Assembly (NCBI GenBank): GCA_963674835.2
Contig: CAXXKC010000003.1
Coordinates: 1,736,842 to 1,800,841, forward strand
DNA length: 64,000 nt
Reading direction: 5' to 3'
From: Thermoguttaceae bacterium
Lineage (GTDB): Bacteria > Planctomycetota > Planctomycetia > Pirellulales > Thermoguttaceae
This document shows, piece after piece, positions 11,101-18,924 of this stretch; positions within the stretch are counted from its first letter, which is position 1, and the number at the start of each line of letters is the position of its first letter. The position numbers were made by a program, and so were the translations under genes. A model generated the notes under the pieces. That model was not told where the DNA came from. It saw nothing but the letters and a program-made list of their open reading frames with translations, and did not search any database.

Positions 11101-11653
11101 TCGCAAGTCTCCGGCAAGAAGCCGGTGCTTTTCGGCAATGGGAAAGCTCTCGTCGGAGGACGGTCTGAGAGAAGACCCAGCGTATCGACAGAACCATCAG
11201 GCCCACGAGCCATCCTGCCAAGAGGATGGCCCAGGGGCCGGGCATCGCCCAGTGTGCGGGTGGCGTCGAAGGTGCGGCGGCGGTATCTGTCGGGGACGGC
11301 TCGGGCAACGAGTCGACCATCCAAAGGAGATTGTCTGCACCGGGAGCGGGATCCGATAGGTCGACTGTCGGCGGGTCGATGGGAAGCAGAGGATCGGCGG
11401 CCGGCGCCAACGCAGCGGTTTGAGTCGTGCTCGCCTGGATCGTGAGCGGGACTCTGGGTATCGAGCATACCAACACGGGAACGAGCGCGACGCCCACGGC
11501 CGTGCATCGCCACAGGAGCACTCGCCAACGCGGATTGCTTCGGACCAGCACCAAGTGGAGAATCCACCCGATTGCCAGGACCAGTGTGACTCGCAACGCG
11601 GTATCGCCCAGCGGGGATAGACCGACGAGCATTTCAGGCCAGTTTGCGTTCAT
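8117..11653 (-). CDS. BlaR1/M56-family signal-transducing metalloprotease fused to LRR array, TlpA-like thioredoxin domain and SHD1-like domain
   Basis: 1178-aa ORF. N-terminal TM helices and a HELSHHRSRD zinc motif (peptidase M56). A long run of about 24-aa leucine-rich repeats follows (for example LKSLESLSLGVT, LKGLRIPGANVTDAGLRHL). Then a redoxin fold with YFWATWCKPC. The C-terminal TDDTGKHHTKARLLKVENGQARLEKPDGSVISVPLDKLSEADRQFI is SHD1-like. Confidence 0.8.
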   Translation of the reverse strand: MNANWPEMLVGLSPLGDTALRVTLVLAIGWILHLVLVRSNPRWRVLLWRCTAVGVALVPVLVCSIPRVPLTIQASTTQTAALAPAADPLLPIDPPTVDLSDPAPGADNLLWMVDSLPEPSPTDTAAAPSTPPAHWAMPGPWAILLAGWLVGLMVLSIRWVFSQTVLRRELSHCRKAPASCRRLAKQVAAQMGVSGVFHLLKADNLDVPFVAGIWRRVVVLPTSMCGAAYAGELPGILAHELSHHRSRDLAWMALIQWTGIACWMHPLAWRIGRAHATACEEVADTNAARLVGDAQQYSAALARVALSAYRIPPATAAIPMARSPEVIARLARLKRGLLFVPLSRKRVCSSVVVGIFALVGLVAFQVVLADTQASSEGDSRVIPFPADHSVGKLWIATAEESSWMTARRAIDYHPHWDWICLGQARGTVKVPAAAKVKLNLNAPGAQDMSWTTRLDPNALHTVEVLGSEWGGAPFGDAQIQHFSRFTGLEELGLRVTQVTDRGLRSLEPLQSLKVLELNTPNIGANGLKSLGQLKSLESLSLGVTGQCDAAGLTHLTNLKSLREFVFGAPSVPPAALARIAQLPSLMYIWSSREFTDEHLAALKAAKALKGLRIPGANVTDAGLRHLTDMKSLEYVDLWHTGISDAGLVHLKALPNLKRLNVRVMSTPGKPLVTARGVAQLAEIPSLEYLDLPNFDMTDECCEYVSRLPNLKHLWIGCYSSSPITDEGVKHLARLKHLESLSIGGTRITDAGMAYIGQLQNLATLGVAMVPRMTDAGLASLAALKKLKSLELPRENGFSTPGARHLNGLSDLRVLNLRLENTPHSDEPPLDLSTLAELRELTLDGARDVDLASLGNLKHLECLLTTYRSQIGDEGIAHLSRLTSLQRLTIGGPKMTDAGLASLTGLKNVNNLWVRGRFSDTGLAHLKALQALEVLRIESTERLSPNTGEILHKELPSLCLLNLNDQRVLAKSNHSDKLGTKAPGFQATALDGTKLRLDDYRGKVLLLYFWATWCKPCVASTEVLKQNYVDTRGKHPDFEMIALSCDDGDLPVKQHVARYRLPWKQLRIGQQSKIASDYGVTGVPRYVLIDRDGYIQFDGHMSQQFIQVLTGALSQKPSPVAKTEREWTDDTGKHHTKARLLKVENGQARLEKPDGSVISVPLDKLSEADRQFINTANRK

Positions 11654-11743
11654 GGCTGTCGCCTCGTTCGAAACCAGTCTTGCGATTTGCGGGTATGACC
11701 GGAACCGGGTGTGTTTGCGGCACGGGAGTCGCGGTCGACCACG

Positions 11744-12136
11744 TCACGAAACGTCGTCGCCTTGGGACTCTTTGGGTTGAGAGGCACGCTGCCCGGCGAG
11801 TTCCTGCAACTGGCGGAGATCCTCGTCGGAGAGCTTTTCGGTTTTGATCAGATGTGCGATGAGCTGATAAGGGGTTCCGCCGCAGAACAGCTCTGCCAGG
11901 CGCTGCGTCATCGATTTCAGGGCAGCGGGGGCGGGCTTCTTGGGACGATAGTAGTAGGCCTTGCCTTTCATTTTTCGCGTGATGTGCCCTTTGTTCATCA
12001 GCACCCGCAAGGTGGATCGCAAGGCCGCATTGGTGAGGGGCCGATCGAGACGCTGCAAGATATCGGCTGGTTTGGCCGGGCCGTGCCGCCACAGCACTTG
12101 CATTACTTCCCATTCACATGGAGTGAAACCGTCCAT
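11744..12136 (-). CDS. blaI: BlaI/MecI/CopY-family transcriptional repressor
   Basis: 130 aa. Winged-helix block CEWEVMQVLWRHGPAKPADILQRL...RSTLRVLMNKGHITRKMKGKAYYY. Lies 90 nt upstream of the BlaR1-like gene on the same strand. Confidence 0.85.
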   Translation of the reverse strand: MDGFTPCEWEVMQVLWRHGPAKPADILQRLDRPLTNAALRSTLRVLMNKGHITRKMKGKAYYYRPKKPAPAALKSMTQRLAELFCGGTPYQLIAHLIKTEKLSDEDLRQLQELAGQRASQPKESQGDDVS

Positions 12137-12327
12137 TGCCGAGGGTCCTTATCCGCTGGCCGCGTACATGAAGATTTTGCAACACGTGTTATGAAGATTT
12201 TCCAACACATGAACCGATCTGTCAAGAAGGAAACTGCGAAGAAGAGCAAGAAATATCCGGTGGCCGCGCGAATACCCATTGGGGGGCAACGAAATCGCCT
12301 CTGGAGCGAATCCAGAGATGATGGCTG

Positions 12328-12420
12328 GTGCGTGTCGCAGTTAGCTGTGGCGTACGTGGCGGCGTGTTTCTGCGGTTTCGAAAGCGAAACACACGCTCCC
12401 GTTGCGTCGCATTCGCTCTA
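12328..12420 (+). repeat. 93-nt intergenic repeat, copy A (partner at 40018..40110)
   Basis: By hand alignment, 79 of 93 positions are identical to copy B with no indels. Internal hairpin GTGTTTC (12364..12370) / GAAACAC (12386..12392). The 3' end overlaps the stop codon of the minus-strand BNR gene. Confidence 0.8.
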
Positions 12421-14871
12421 GCGTGCCTTGCTGTCGGCGACGGTTGGCAGGAGATCGGACGTTTCGACGAGCTTCCAGTTCGACCCGCCGTCGGGCGACA
12501 TCATCAGGGCGCGTCGCCAGAGTTGGTTATCCTTGCGGTAGAACCAGTAGGTCGACCAGTGCTCGTAATTGAGAAACAGCCGGCCGGTCCGATCGATCGT
12601 GAGGCGGTGATAGTAGACGCTGTACTCCGACAGCGGCGGCACGATCAACGCTTGTGGTGCCTCCCACGGTTGGCCCGGCCGCTTGCGTTGGAAGGCAAGT
12701 GCGGCGTAGTAGCTGGTCGGGAACGGCTCTTTGCCCCGATTCCAAAGACGGAAGACCGTGTAGAGCGTGTCGTCGGGACCGCAAACCAGCCCGATGTACG
12801 TTTGCTGCAGGTCTTCGCCGGTTGGCACGGCCTCTGACCAACCGCTGTGTGCATCGTTGGGCTTGAGCGAATGCGTGTAGGGAAACGCGCGGCCGTGGGT
12901 GCCGGCCAGCACGTGGAGATAGCCGCCGCTGTCGATCGTGATGCTGGGGGTGTTGTGGATGTCGTTGGCCGGAGGTCCGTAGGCGACGAGCACCGGGTCG
13001 CCGAACTTGCCGGTCGCTCGGTCGTACGTGGCGACGAACGCGGGTACGCCGGGGACTTCCTTTTCGGGATCGGTCGCTTCACCCCAGACGACATGGACCT
13101 TGTCGCCGCGTGACACGACGCACGACGGGATTCCTGAATGGCTCGATAGTCCGATGGCGCTCTTCGAAAGCAGGACCGGTTCGGGCATGACGATCCGCCC
13201 GTCGACCTTCGTGGGACAGAGGAGTTCCAGGTCGTGGACCGACCGCCAGAATACCTTGGGGTCTTTGGCGGTGCGTGTACAACGCAGGATCGGCGGTGGG
13301 CCGTCTGAGAGGTTGTGGCCCGTGAATACCTCCATGTCCAGCGTCTGCCGCCCGCTTTTGTGCACCGGGATTGGGTAGGCGGTGAACGTCTTTCCCTCGT
13401 CGCGCGAATGAAGGAGAAAGAAGGCTTTTGCTGCCGAGGCAAGGATGTACAGGTCGCCGTCGCGGTCGAAGGCGACTTTGGTCGAGGGAACGCCGATCGT
13501 TCCGATTGCTGACGGCGCAACGTGTGGCGCGATCGCACGGCCCAGATCGGTCGTGGACCAGTTGCCGTCGCGGAGCATCGTCAGTCCGGCGTCCGTTCGG
13601 ATGCAGGGCCGGTTCTTCAGATCGAAGTACATCTGCTTCTCGACCGGGTAGGCAGGCACGTAGCCGAACTGCTCGTTCTCAAGCGTATAGGGCTTGAGAA
13701 CCATCGGGATGGCCAGCGGTTTGGAGGCCGGTGCGGCGCCGGCCTTGACGGTGACGGTCGAGTACGTGGAGAAGCCGGGCCGGGCCTCGGGCCGAGCACG
13801 AAGGTGACAGACGGCCGTTTGGCCTTCGCTCGGAACCGTGTAGCGGAGAACGATCTGCTGGTCTTGACGCGGAGGAATCACGACTTTCGTCGCCGACAGT
13901 TCGGCCGGCCAAGGTGTGTTGGGGAACTCCAGGCTGAGGTCGATGGTCTTTTCGACGAACGACTTGTTCTGGACTTTGAAGCTGATCTCGCCTTGCTGGC
14001 CGGGCTTGCCGTAGACGGTGCGGCTGTACGGAGCCAGAAGCCATCCGTACTCGGCCATGGGAAAGAACGCGGACGGGTCCGGAGTCCAGAGACAGACGTC
14101 GGGGGACAGGTCGTCGCGATTCCATCGCGTGAGACCGTCGATTTGGACGGTCGCGTATTGCCGAGGAAGATGAAGCCGCCAGAAATCGGTATCGCGGCGC
14201 GCGCCGGCGGGAAAGGTGTGCGTGGCCTTACCGTCGGTATTGACGTCGAGGGTTTCAATGAGCTGGTTGCGACCGTCATAGACTTGCAATGCGTCGACGT
14301 CCTTGGGAAGCCGCGTGATTTCCATGGTGAACTGGCCGTTTCGCGGCACGAAGCAAATGTCGCACGGCCGGTCGGGGTTGGCCAGTTCGATGGGCTCCTC
14401 GTGGACCGCGTCGCGATGGCCTCGCGCGGTTTCGATCATGTAGTGGGGGCAGTTCGTGCGGAATCCCCAGTACACGTTCCGGCCGTAGGGATCGCGCGCG
14501 GCAGTGACTGTGAGGACGTAGACGCCTTGGCGTTCGACCTTGGTTACCAAGCGTGCGCGCTGAATGGGGCCGGGCTTGCCCTTTTCGGTGTTTCCGTCGT
14601 CAGCGATGGTAATGTCCTGAAGCAGATGCCGGTCGGGGCCGACGAGGATTGCCCGGAGGGTGAGCGCGGCCGGTTGGCGATTTCGGTCCTGCTTCTCCAG
14701 ATCGATGATCAGCTCTCCAGGCTCGGCGAGGAAGTAGGCGCCGCCGACTCCGCCCAAGGCCAGGCGCGTGGGTGCTTTGTCGTTTGTCGTCGGTTCGGCG
14801 GCAGCCAGGGGAAGCGGATGCACGAACATGACGGCAAGAAGAAGCAACGTTAGACGGTGTGGATGTCTCAT
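12418..14871 (-). CDS. Secreted BNR/Asp-box repeat protein (sialidase-like propeller region), function unknown
   Basis: ORF 12418..14919. The likely start is ATG 14871 (MRHPHRLTLLLLAVMFVHPLPLAAAEP, a signal peptide). Asp-box motifs HSRDEGKTF and SPDGGSNW are present. Confidence 0.55.
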   Translation of the reverse strand: MRHPHRLTLLLLAVMFVHPLPLAAAEPTTNDKAPTRLALGGVGGAYFLAEPGELIIDLEKQDRNRQPAALTLRAILVGPDRHLLQDITIADDGNTEKGKPGPIQRARLVTKVERQGVYVLTVTAARDPYGRNVYWGFRTNCPHYMIETARGHRDAVHEEPIELANPDRPCDICFVPRNGQFTMEITRLPKDVDALQVYDGRNQLIETLDVNTDGKATHTFPAGARRDTDFWRLHLPRQYATVQIDGLTRWNRDDLSPDVCLWTPDPSAFFPMAEYGWLLAPYSRTVYGKPGQQGEISFKVQNKSFVEKTIDLSLEFPNTPWPAELSATKVVIPPRQDQQIVLRYTVPSEGQTAVCHLRARPEARPGFSTYSTVTVKAGAAPASKPLAIPMVLKPYTLENEQFGYVPAYPVEKQMYFDLKNRPCIRTDAGLTMLRDGNWSTTDLGRAIAPHVAPSAIGTIGVPSTKVAFDRDGDLYILASAAKAFFLLHSRDEGKTFTAYPIPVHKSGRQTLDMEVFTGHNLSDGPPPILRCTRTAKDPKVFWRSVHDLELLCPTKVDGRIVMPEPVLLSKSAIGLSSHSGIPSCVVSRGDKVHVVWGEATDPEKEVPGVPAFVATYDRATGKFGDPVLVAYGPPANDIHNTPSITIDSGGYLHVLAGTHGRAFPYTHSLKPNDAHSGWSEAVPTGEDLQQTYIGLVCGPDDTLYTVFRLWNRGKEPFPTSYYAALAFQRKRPGQPWEAPQALIVPPLSEYSVYYHRLTIDRTGRLFLNYEHWSTYWFYRKDNQLWRRALMMSPDGGSNWKLVETSDLLPTVADSKAR

Positions 14872-15174
14872 GAGAAGACCTTGCAGTTTGGTGCGGTGGA
14901 GGTACATCCGTTTGGTCAAGAGCGAGTGGACGGATGGCGGGGTGGTGGGCGTGTCAGGCGCGATTGTGGTGGGACATCATGATGTTTCCACCATGATATC
15001 TGGTAGGCACGAGGGATTCCACCGCCGTGTGGAACGTGCGGGAACGATGATGCGGGGAGGAGTGTGGGCGGGATCGCCGATTTGACGGTCTGTGAGCTCG
15101 CCGACCGTGTTGTGGTCCCATATACGGATGGCGTGGCCGCCCGTGTGGCAGGCGGTTGCGCAGAGCACGACGAA

Positions 15175-16311
15175 TCATGCGCCCGCGGTTTCGTCGGCTG
15201 GGAGGGAGATCGTGAACGTGGTCCCGGCATCCAGGCGGCTTTCGACGTTGACGGTGCCGTGGTAGAGTTGCACGAGCTTCTTGACGAGCGAAAGGCCCAG
15301 TCCGCTGCCGAGGATGTGGTTGGTCCGCTCGTTCTTGATGCGGACGAACTCCTTGAAGATCTGCACCTGCTCTTCGGGCGACATTCCGATCCCGGTATCG
15401 GCGACGGCCACGACGACCTGTGAATTGTCGAATTTCAGGGCCACATCGACGCTGCCGCCGTCGCGGTTGTACTTGACCGCGTTGGAGATCAAGTTGTTCA
15501 GCAACATGGCGATTTCGTCGGCATCGGCCGTCATGGAGACGGGCCCGACGGAATTGATGCGAAGGGCGATGTTTCGGGCCTCGGCCTCGGGCTGGACCGT
15601 TTCCACAGCCGTGTTGGCGACGGCGAGGAGATCGACCTGGGCGAAGTTGCGGCCCTTGTGACCGGATTCGATTTGCGTGAGGTCGAGCAGATCGCGGATC
15701 AGTTTGTACATGCCGTCGACGCGAGCGAGGCTGCGGTCGATCATTTCGTCGTAGGACGCCAGGTCATCGCCCCGCTGTCGCTTCTTCATGAGCTGAAGAT
15801 ATCCGGCGATGGCGTTCAAGGGGGACTTCAGCTCGTGCCCCAGCACGCGGACGAACTCGAAGCGTACGCGTTGTTTTTCCTCGGCCAGTTTGCGTGCGCG
15901 CCGGGCGATGATGAGGCGGGCGGCTGTCTTACGGATCGTGCTCTTCAGCTCGTCAGGCGTGAACGGTTTGGCGAGGAAGTCGTAGGCACCCTGCTTAGTC
16001 GCGGCGACGGCGGTTTCGATCGAGGCGTAGGCCGTGATCATGATGGTGAGCATGTCGGTCTTCGTGCCAGAAAGCTCGTGAAGCACGTCCATCCCGCTGA
16101 TCCCGGGCATCTTGTGGTCGAGGAGCAAGATGTCGGGTGCCTGGCGATGGATCTTCTCGAGGGCTTCCTCGCCGGACTCGGCGTGATCGATGGAGAATCG
16201 CACGTCTTCATCGACGTCGGGGACGTGCACGACAAAGTCGCGCAAGGTGCGGAGCACGCCCATCCGCATACCCATCTCGTCGTCGGTCACCAGCAGGTTG
16301 AGTGTCTCCAT
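15175..16311 (-). CDS. Hybrid receiver-histidine kinase (REC-HisKA-HATPase)
   Basis: Trimmed to METLNLLVTDDE; this ATG 16311 lies 1 nt after the upstream gene's stop. REC motifs DILLLDHKMPGISG and FLAKPF. H-box LGHELKSPLNAIAGY. ATPase blocks NLISNAVKYN, DTGIGM and GSGLGLSL. Confidence 0.85.
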   Translation of the reverse strand: METLNLLVTDDEMGMRMGVLRTLRDFVVHVPDVDEDVRFSIDHAESGEEALEKIHRQAPDILLLDHKMPGISGMDVLHELSGTKTDMLTIMITAYASIETAVAATKQGAYDFLAKPFTPDELKSTIRKTAARLIIARRARKLAEEKQRVRFEFVRVLGHELKSPLNAIAGYLQLMKKRQRGDDLASYDEMIDRSLARVDGMYKLIRDLLDLTQIESGHKGRNFAQVDLLAVANTAVETVQPEAEARNIALRINSVGPVSMTADADEIAMLLNNLISNAVKYNRDGGSVDVALKFDNSQVVVAVADTGIGMSPEEQVQIFKEFVRIKNERTNHILGSGLGLSLVKKLVQLYHGTVNVESRLDAGTTFTISLPADETAGA

Positions 16312-16312
16312 G

Positions 16313-16717
16313 CTACTGCTTCCTTGCGGCCAGCAGGCGTTCGATCTCGCCACGAAGCTGCTCGAAACGAATGGGCTTGGGGAGCAGAGCGTCGGCCTTG
16401 ATCCAGCCGCGATCTGCTTCGGTGGCGATGTCGAAGTCGAGACCCGTTTCGCTATTGACGGAACTGACGACGATCACGGGGATGGAGGGGTCGTGCTTGC
16501 GGATATGATGGCAGAGGACGAAGCCAGCATCGGGGTTTTCCATCATGACGTCGAGGACGGCCACGTCGGGACGGCGCTCGGCAAGAAGCTCTTCGGCGTG
16601 ACGCTGCCCTTGGGCGACAAGGACGTCGAAGCCGGCGTCTTCGAGTTGCATCCGTTGTTGGAAGAGAAAATCTTCGTCGTCGTCGACCAGCAGTATCAGG
16701 GGTCTATCGGGAGTCAT
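16313..16717 (-). CDS. Single-domain response regulator (CheY-like receiver)
   Basis: MTPDRPLILLVDDDEDF..DVAVLDVMMENPDAGF..LPKPI. Start ATG 16717 is preceded by AGGAGA. There is no output domain. Confidence 0.85.
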   Translation of the reverse strand: MTPDRPLILLVDDDEDFLFQQRMQLEDAGFDVLVAQGQRHAEELLAERRPDVAVLDVMMENPDAGFVLCHHIRKHDPSIPVIVVSSVNSETGLDFDIATEADRGWIKADALLPKPIRFEQLRGEIERLLAARKQ

Positions 16718-16765
16718 TGGATTTCTCCTATTGGTTCCTATCAAGGTGAGCAGTCGGCCGTGTCC

Positions 16766-18823
16766 TCATTCTCCCATTCGCGGCAGCACCACGGTGAACG
16801 TCGAGCCGGTTGGTCCGAGGGCCGGATCGGCCTGCGATTCCACGCGGATATCGCCGGAGTGCATTTTGACGATGCCGTAGCTGACGGCGAGCCCCAGTCC
16901 CGTGCCTTTGCCGATCTGCTTGGTCGTGAAGAAGGGGTCGAAGATCTTCTTGATGTTCTCCGGCGGGATGCCGACGCCCGTATCGCTGACCGACACGCGC
17001 ACGCGCGAGTCGTCGCCATCGGTGCGAATGGTCAGCTCGCCACCGTTTTCCATGGCCGCGACGGCGTTGCTCACCAGGTTGGTTAGGACCTGGACGATCT
17101 GGTCTCGATCGACTTCGGCGATGGGATCGTCGGTGGCGTGTTCGACGCGGAGGGTGATGGATTCGGGCACAGTGAGCGCCCGCATGGTGCGCTGGACGAC
17201 CTGGCGAATATCGACGGGCGTGCGGCAGACCTTGTTCTGGCGGGCGAAGTGCAACAGGCCGGCGACGATCTTCTTGCAGCGATCGGCCTGTTCGGCGATC
17301 ATCGAGAGGTCATCGCGGAGCTTGGAATCGTTGTCGCATTCCTCCAGGAGGAGATGGGCGTACATCAGGACGACACCCAGCGGGTTGTTCACTTCGTGGG
17401 CGATGCCCGCGGCGAGTTGGCCCATGCCGGCGAGTTTTTCCGACTGGAGGAGTGCTTCCTGGGCGGCGGCGAGTTGTTTGTGGGATAGCTTGAGGTCGGT
17501 GAGCGCGACTCGGAGCTGGTCGATGGTGTTGGGCAGGCACATTTCGCTCTCGGCCAACTTCTTGTGGATGGCCACGGCGTGTTCGACGCAGGTATCGTAG
17601 CCGCAGGCGCCGCAGTTGAGTTCGTCGGCGAGCGAGAACTTGCCCATCTGATGCATGATGGCTGTTAGTTCGCTGCGGTTCGGCGCGGCGATGCGTTGAT
17701 CGTCGGCATGATAGGTGCGGCACAAATCGAGATCGGCAAGGCGGTCCATGGAATCACGCCACACGTCCTTGTCGAGGTCCTCCATGCGATGGCAGACGTA
17801 GGTGCGGACGTGGCGGCGTCGGTTGAACAACGGTAAATCGCCTTCGATGCCGGGCCCCATGATGCAACCATCGCAGCAGAGGGCTTCGAGGAGCCGGCAA
17901 CTGAGGTCGCCTTCGGCAAACTCCTTGACCGCCTCGAGCATGTGGCGCCGGCCCTGCGAGGCGATGATTTCGCCGGTGAGGAGGTCTTCGTGGATGTCGG
18001 CCGCCTGAAGGATTCCGCGGCTTACGGGGAACAGGCCCCCGATGCCGCCATGGGGCGGATCGAAGTCGCCGGCCTGGACCGATTCGGGGGTGATGCCCGC
18101 GTCGGTGAACATTCGGCGGAGTTCGGGGAACATGAGCACAGCGTCGACCTGACCGGCCATTTCCGCGCTCTGAGCCTCGACCTTCTTGGCGATGCAGGGA
18201 CCGATGAAGACGACTTTCAGGTCATCGCCATAGATGCGTCGAATGGCGCGAGTCATGGCGACCATCGGCGAGACAATCGGCGCGAGACGTTCGACCATGT
18301 CGGGATAGTACCGCTCGATGTAGCAAACGACCGCGGGGCAGGTGGTGGAGATGTAACGGCGCTGCTGGTCGCGGGTCAGCAGGTTGCGGTACTCACGGGC
18401 CACGAGATCGGCTCCGAAAGCGACCTCGACGACGAGCTGGAAACCTAGCGCGCGAATCATGCCGACCAATTGCGTGAAGGCCATTTCGGTGAATTCGGCG
18501 GGAAAGCTGGGCGCCACGCACGCGGCCACGCGGTTGCCGGATTGGAGCAGCGCTTGGACGTCATCAATACTGCTGCGAAGGACTTTGGCGTGCTGTGAAC
18601 ATACGCGGGTGCAGTTGCCACAAGCGATGCAGCGCTCGCCGACGACCTGGGCCTGGCCCTCGTTAATGCGGATCGCCTTGACGGGGCATTCGCGCACGCA
18701 CGTGTAGCACATGCGGCAGCGTTCTTTGACGGTGGTGATGAAGGCCGAACTCACGCGGATGCCTTTCTTTTCGTACCGTAGTGACCTGCGCCTCGGCTCG
18801 TTGACCTTTGCAGAGTCCCACAA
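16766..18823 (-). CDS. HydS-type (putative sensory) [FeFe]-hydrogenase-like domain fused to a histidine kinase
   Basis: Ferredoxin motifs CRMCYTCVRECP and CIACGNCTRVC. H-cluster-domain blocks STTCPAVV (L1-like, first Cys position is Thr), GPCIAKKVE (L2) and CCDGCIMGPG (L3-like). An exact Cx2Cx4Cx16C (CGACGYDTCVEHAVAIHKKLAESEMC). H-box IAHEVNNPL. ATPase blocks NLVSNAV, DTGVGI and GTGLGL. The start is uncertain: TTG 18823 or GTG 18754. Confidence 0.8.
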   Translation of the reverse strand: MWDSAKVNEPRRRSLRYEKKGIRVSSAFITTVKERCRMCYTCVRECPVKAIRINEGQAQVVGERCIACGNCTRVCSQHAKVLRSSIDDVQALLQSGNRVAACVAPSFPAEFTEMAFTQLVGMIRALGFQLVVEVAFGADLVAREYRNLLTRDQQRRYISTTCPAVVCYIERYYPDMVERLAPIVSPMVAMTRAIRRIYGDDLKVVFIGPCIAKKVEAQSAEMAGQVDAVLMFPELRRMFTDAGITPESVQAGDFDPPHGGIGGLFPVSRGILQAADIHEDLLTGEIIASQGRRHMLEAVKEFAEGDLSCRLLEALCCDGCIMGPGIEGDLPLFNRRRHVRTYVCHRMEDLDKDVWRDSMDRLADLDLCRTYHADDQRIAAPNRSELTAIMHQMGKFSLADELNCGACGYDTCVEHAVAIHKKLAESEMCLPNTIDQLRVALTDLKLSHKQLAAAQEALLQSEKLAGMGQLAAGIAHEVNNPLGVVLMYAHLLLEECDNDSKLRDDLSMIAEQADRCKKIVAGLLHFARQNKVCRTPVDIRQVVQRTMRALTVPESITLRVEHATDDPIAEVDRDQIVQVLTNLVSNAVAAMENGGELTIRTDGDDSRVRVSVSDTGVGIPPENIKKIFDPFFTTKQIGKGTGLGLAVSYGIVKMHSGDIRVESQADPALGPTGSTFTVVLPRMGE

Positions 18824-18924
18824 GGGGACACTCTATTGTACTATCTTGTGCCGATTGGCATTACTGTCTTTCGGCGACCGGCTACCTCCCGCTTCGGCGT
18901 AGGTGATCGGCGTTGCGTTCTCGG

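Noticed and set aside
12328-12837. 169-aa plus-strand ORF starting in repeat copy A
   Set aside because: It is antisense to the BNR gene. The similarity of its N-terminus to the tail of ORF 39835..40071 is explained by the nucleotide repeat, and copy B terminates after 17 codons.
18839-18853. GGCAC on the minus strand upstream of the HydS-kinase gene, considered as a third sigma-54 promoter
   Set aside because: The -12 position reads AGTAC rather than TTGC, with no GC dinucleotide. The gene may simply be co-transcribed with hydCBA.
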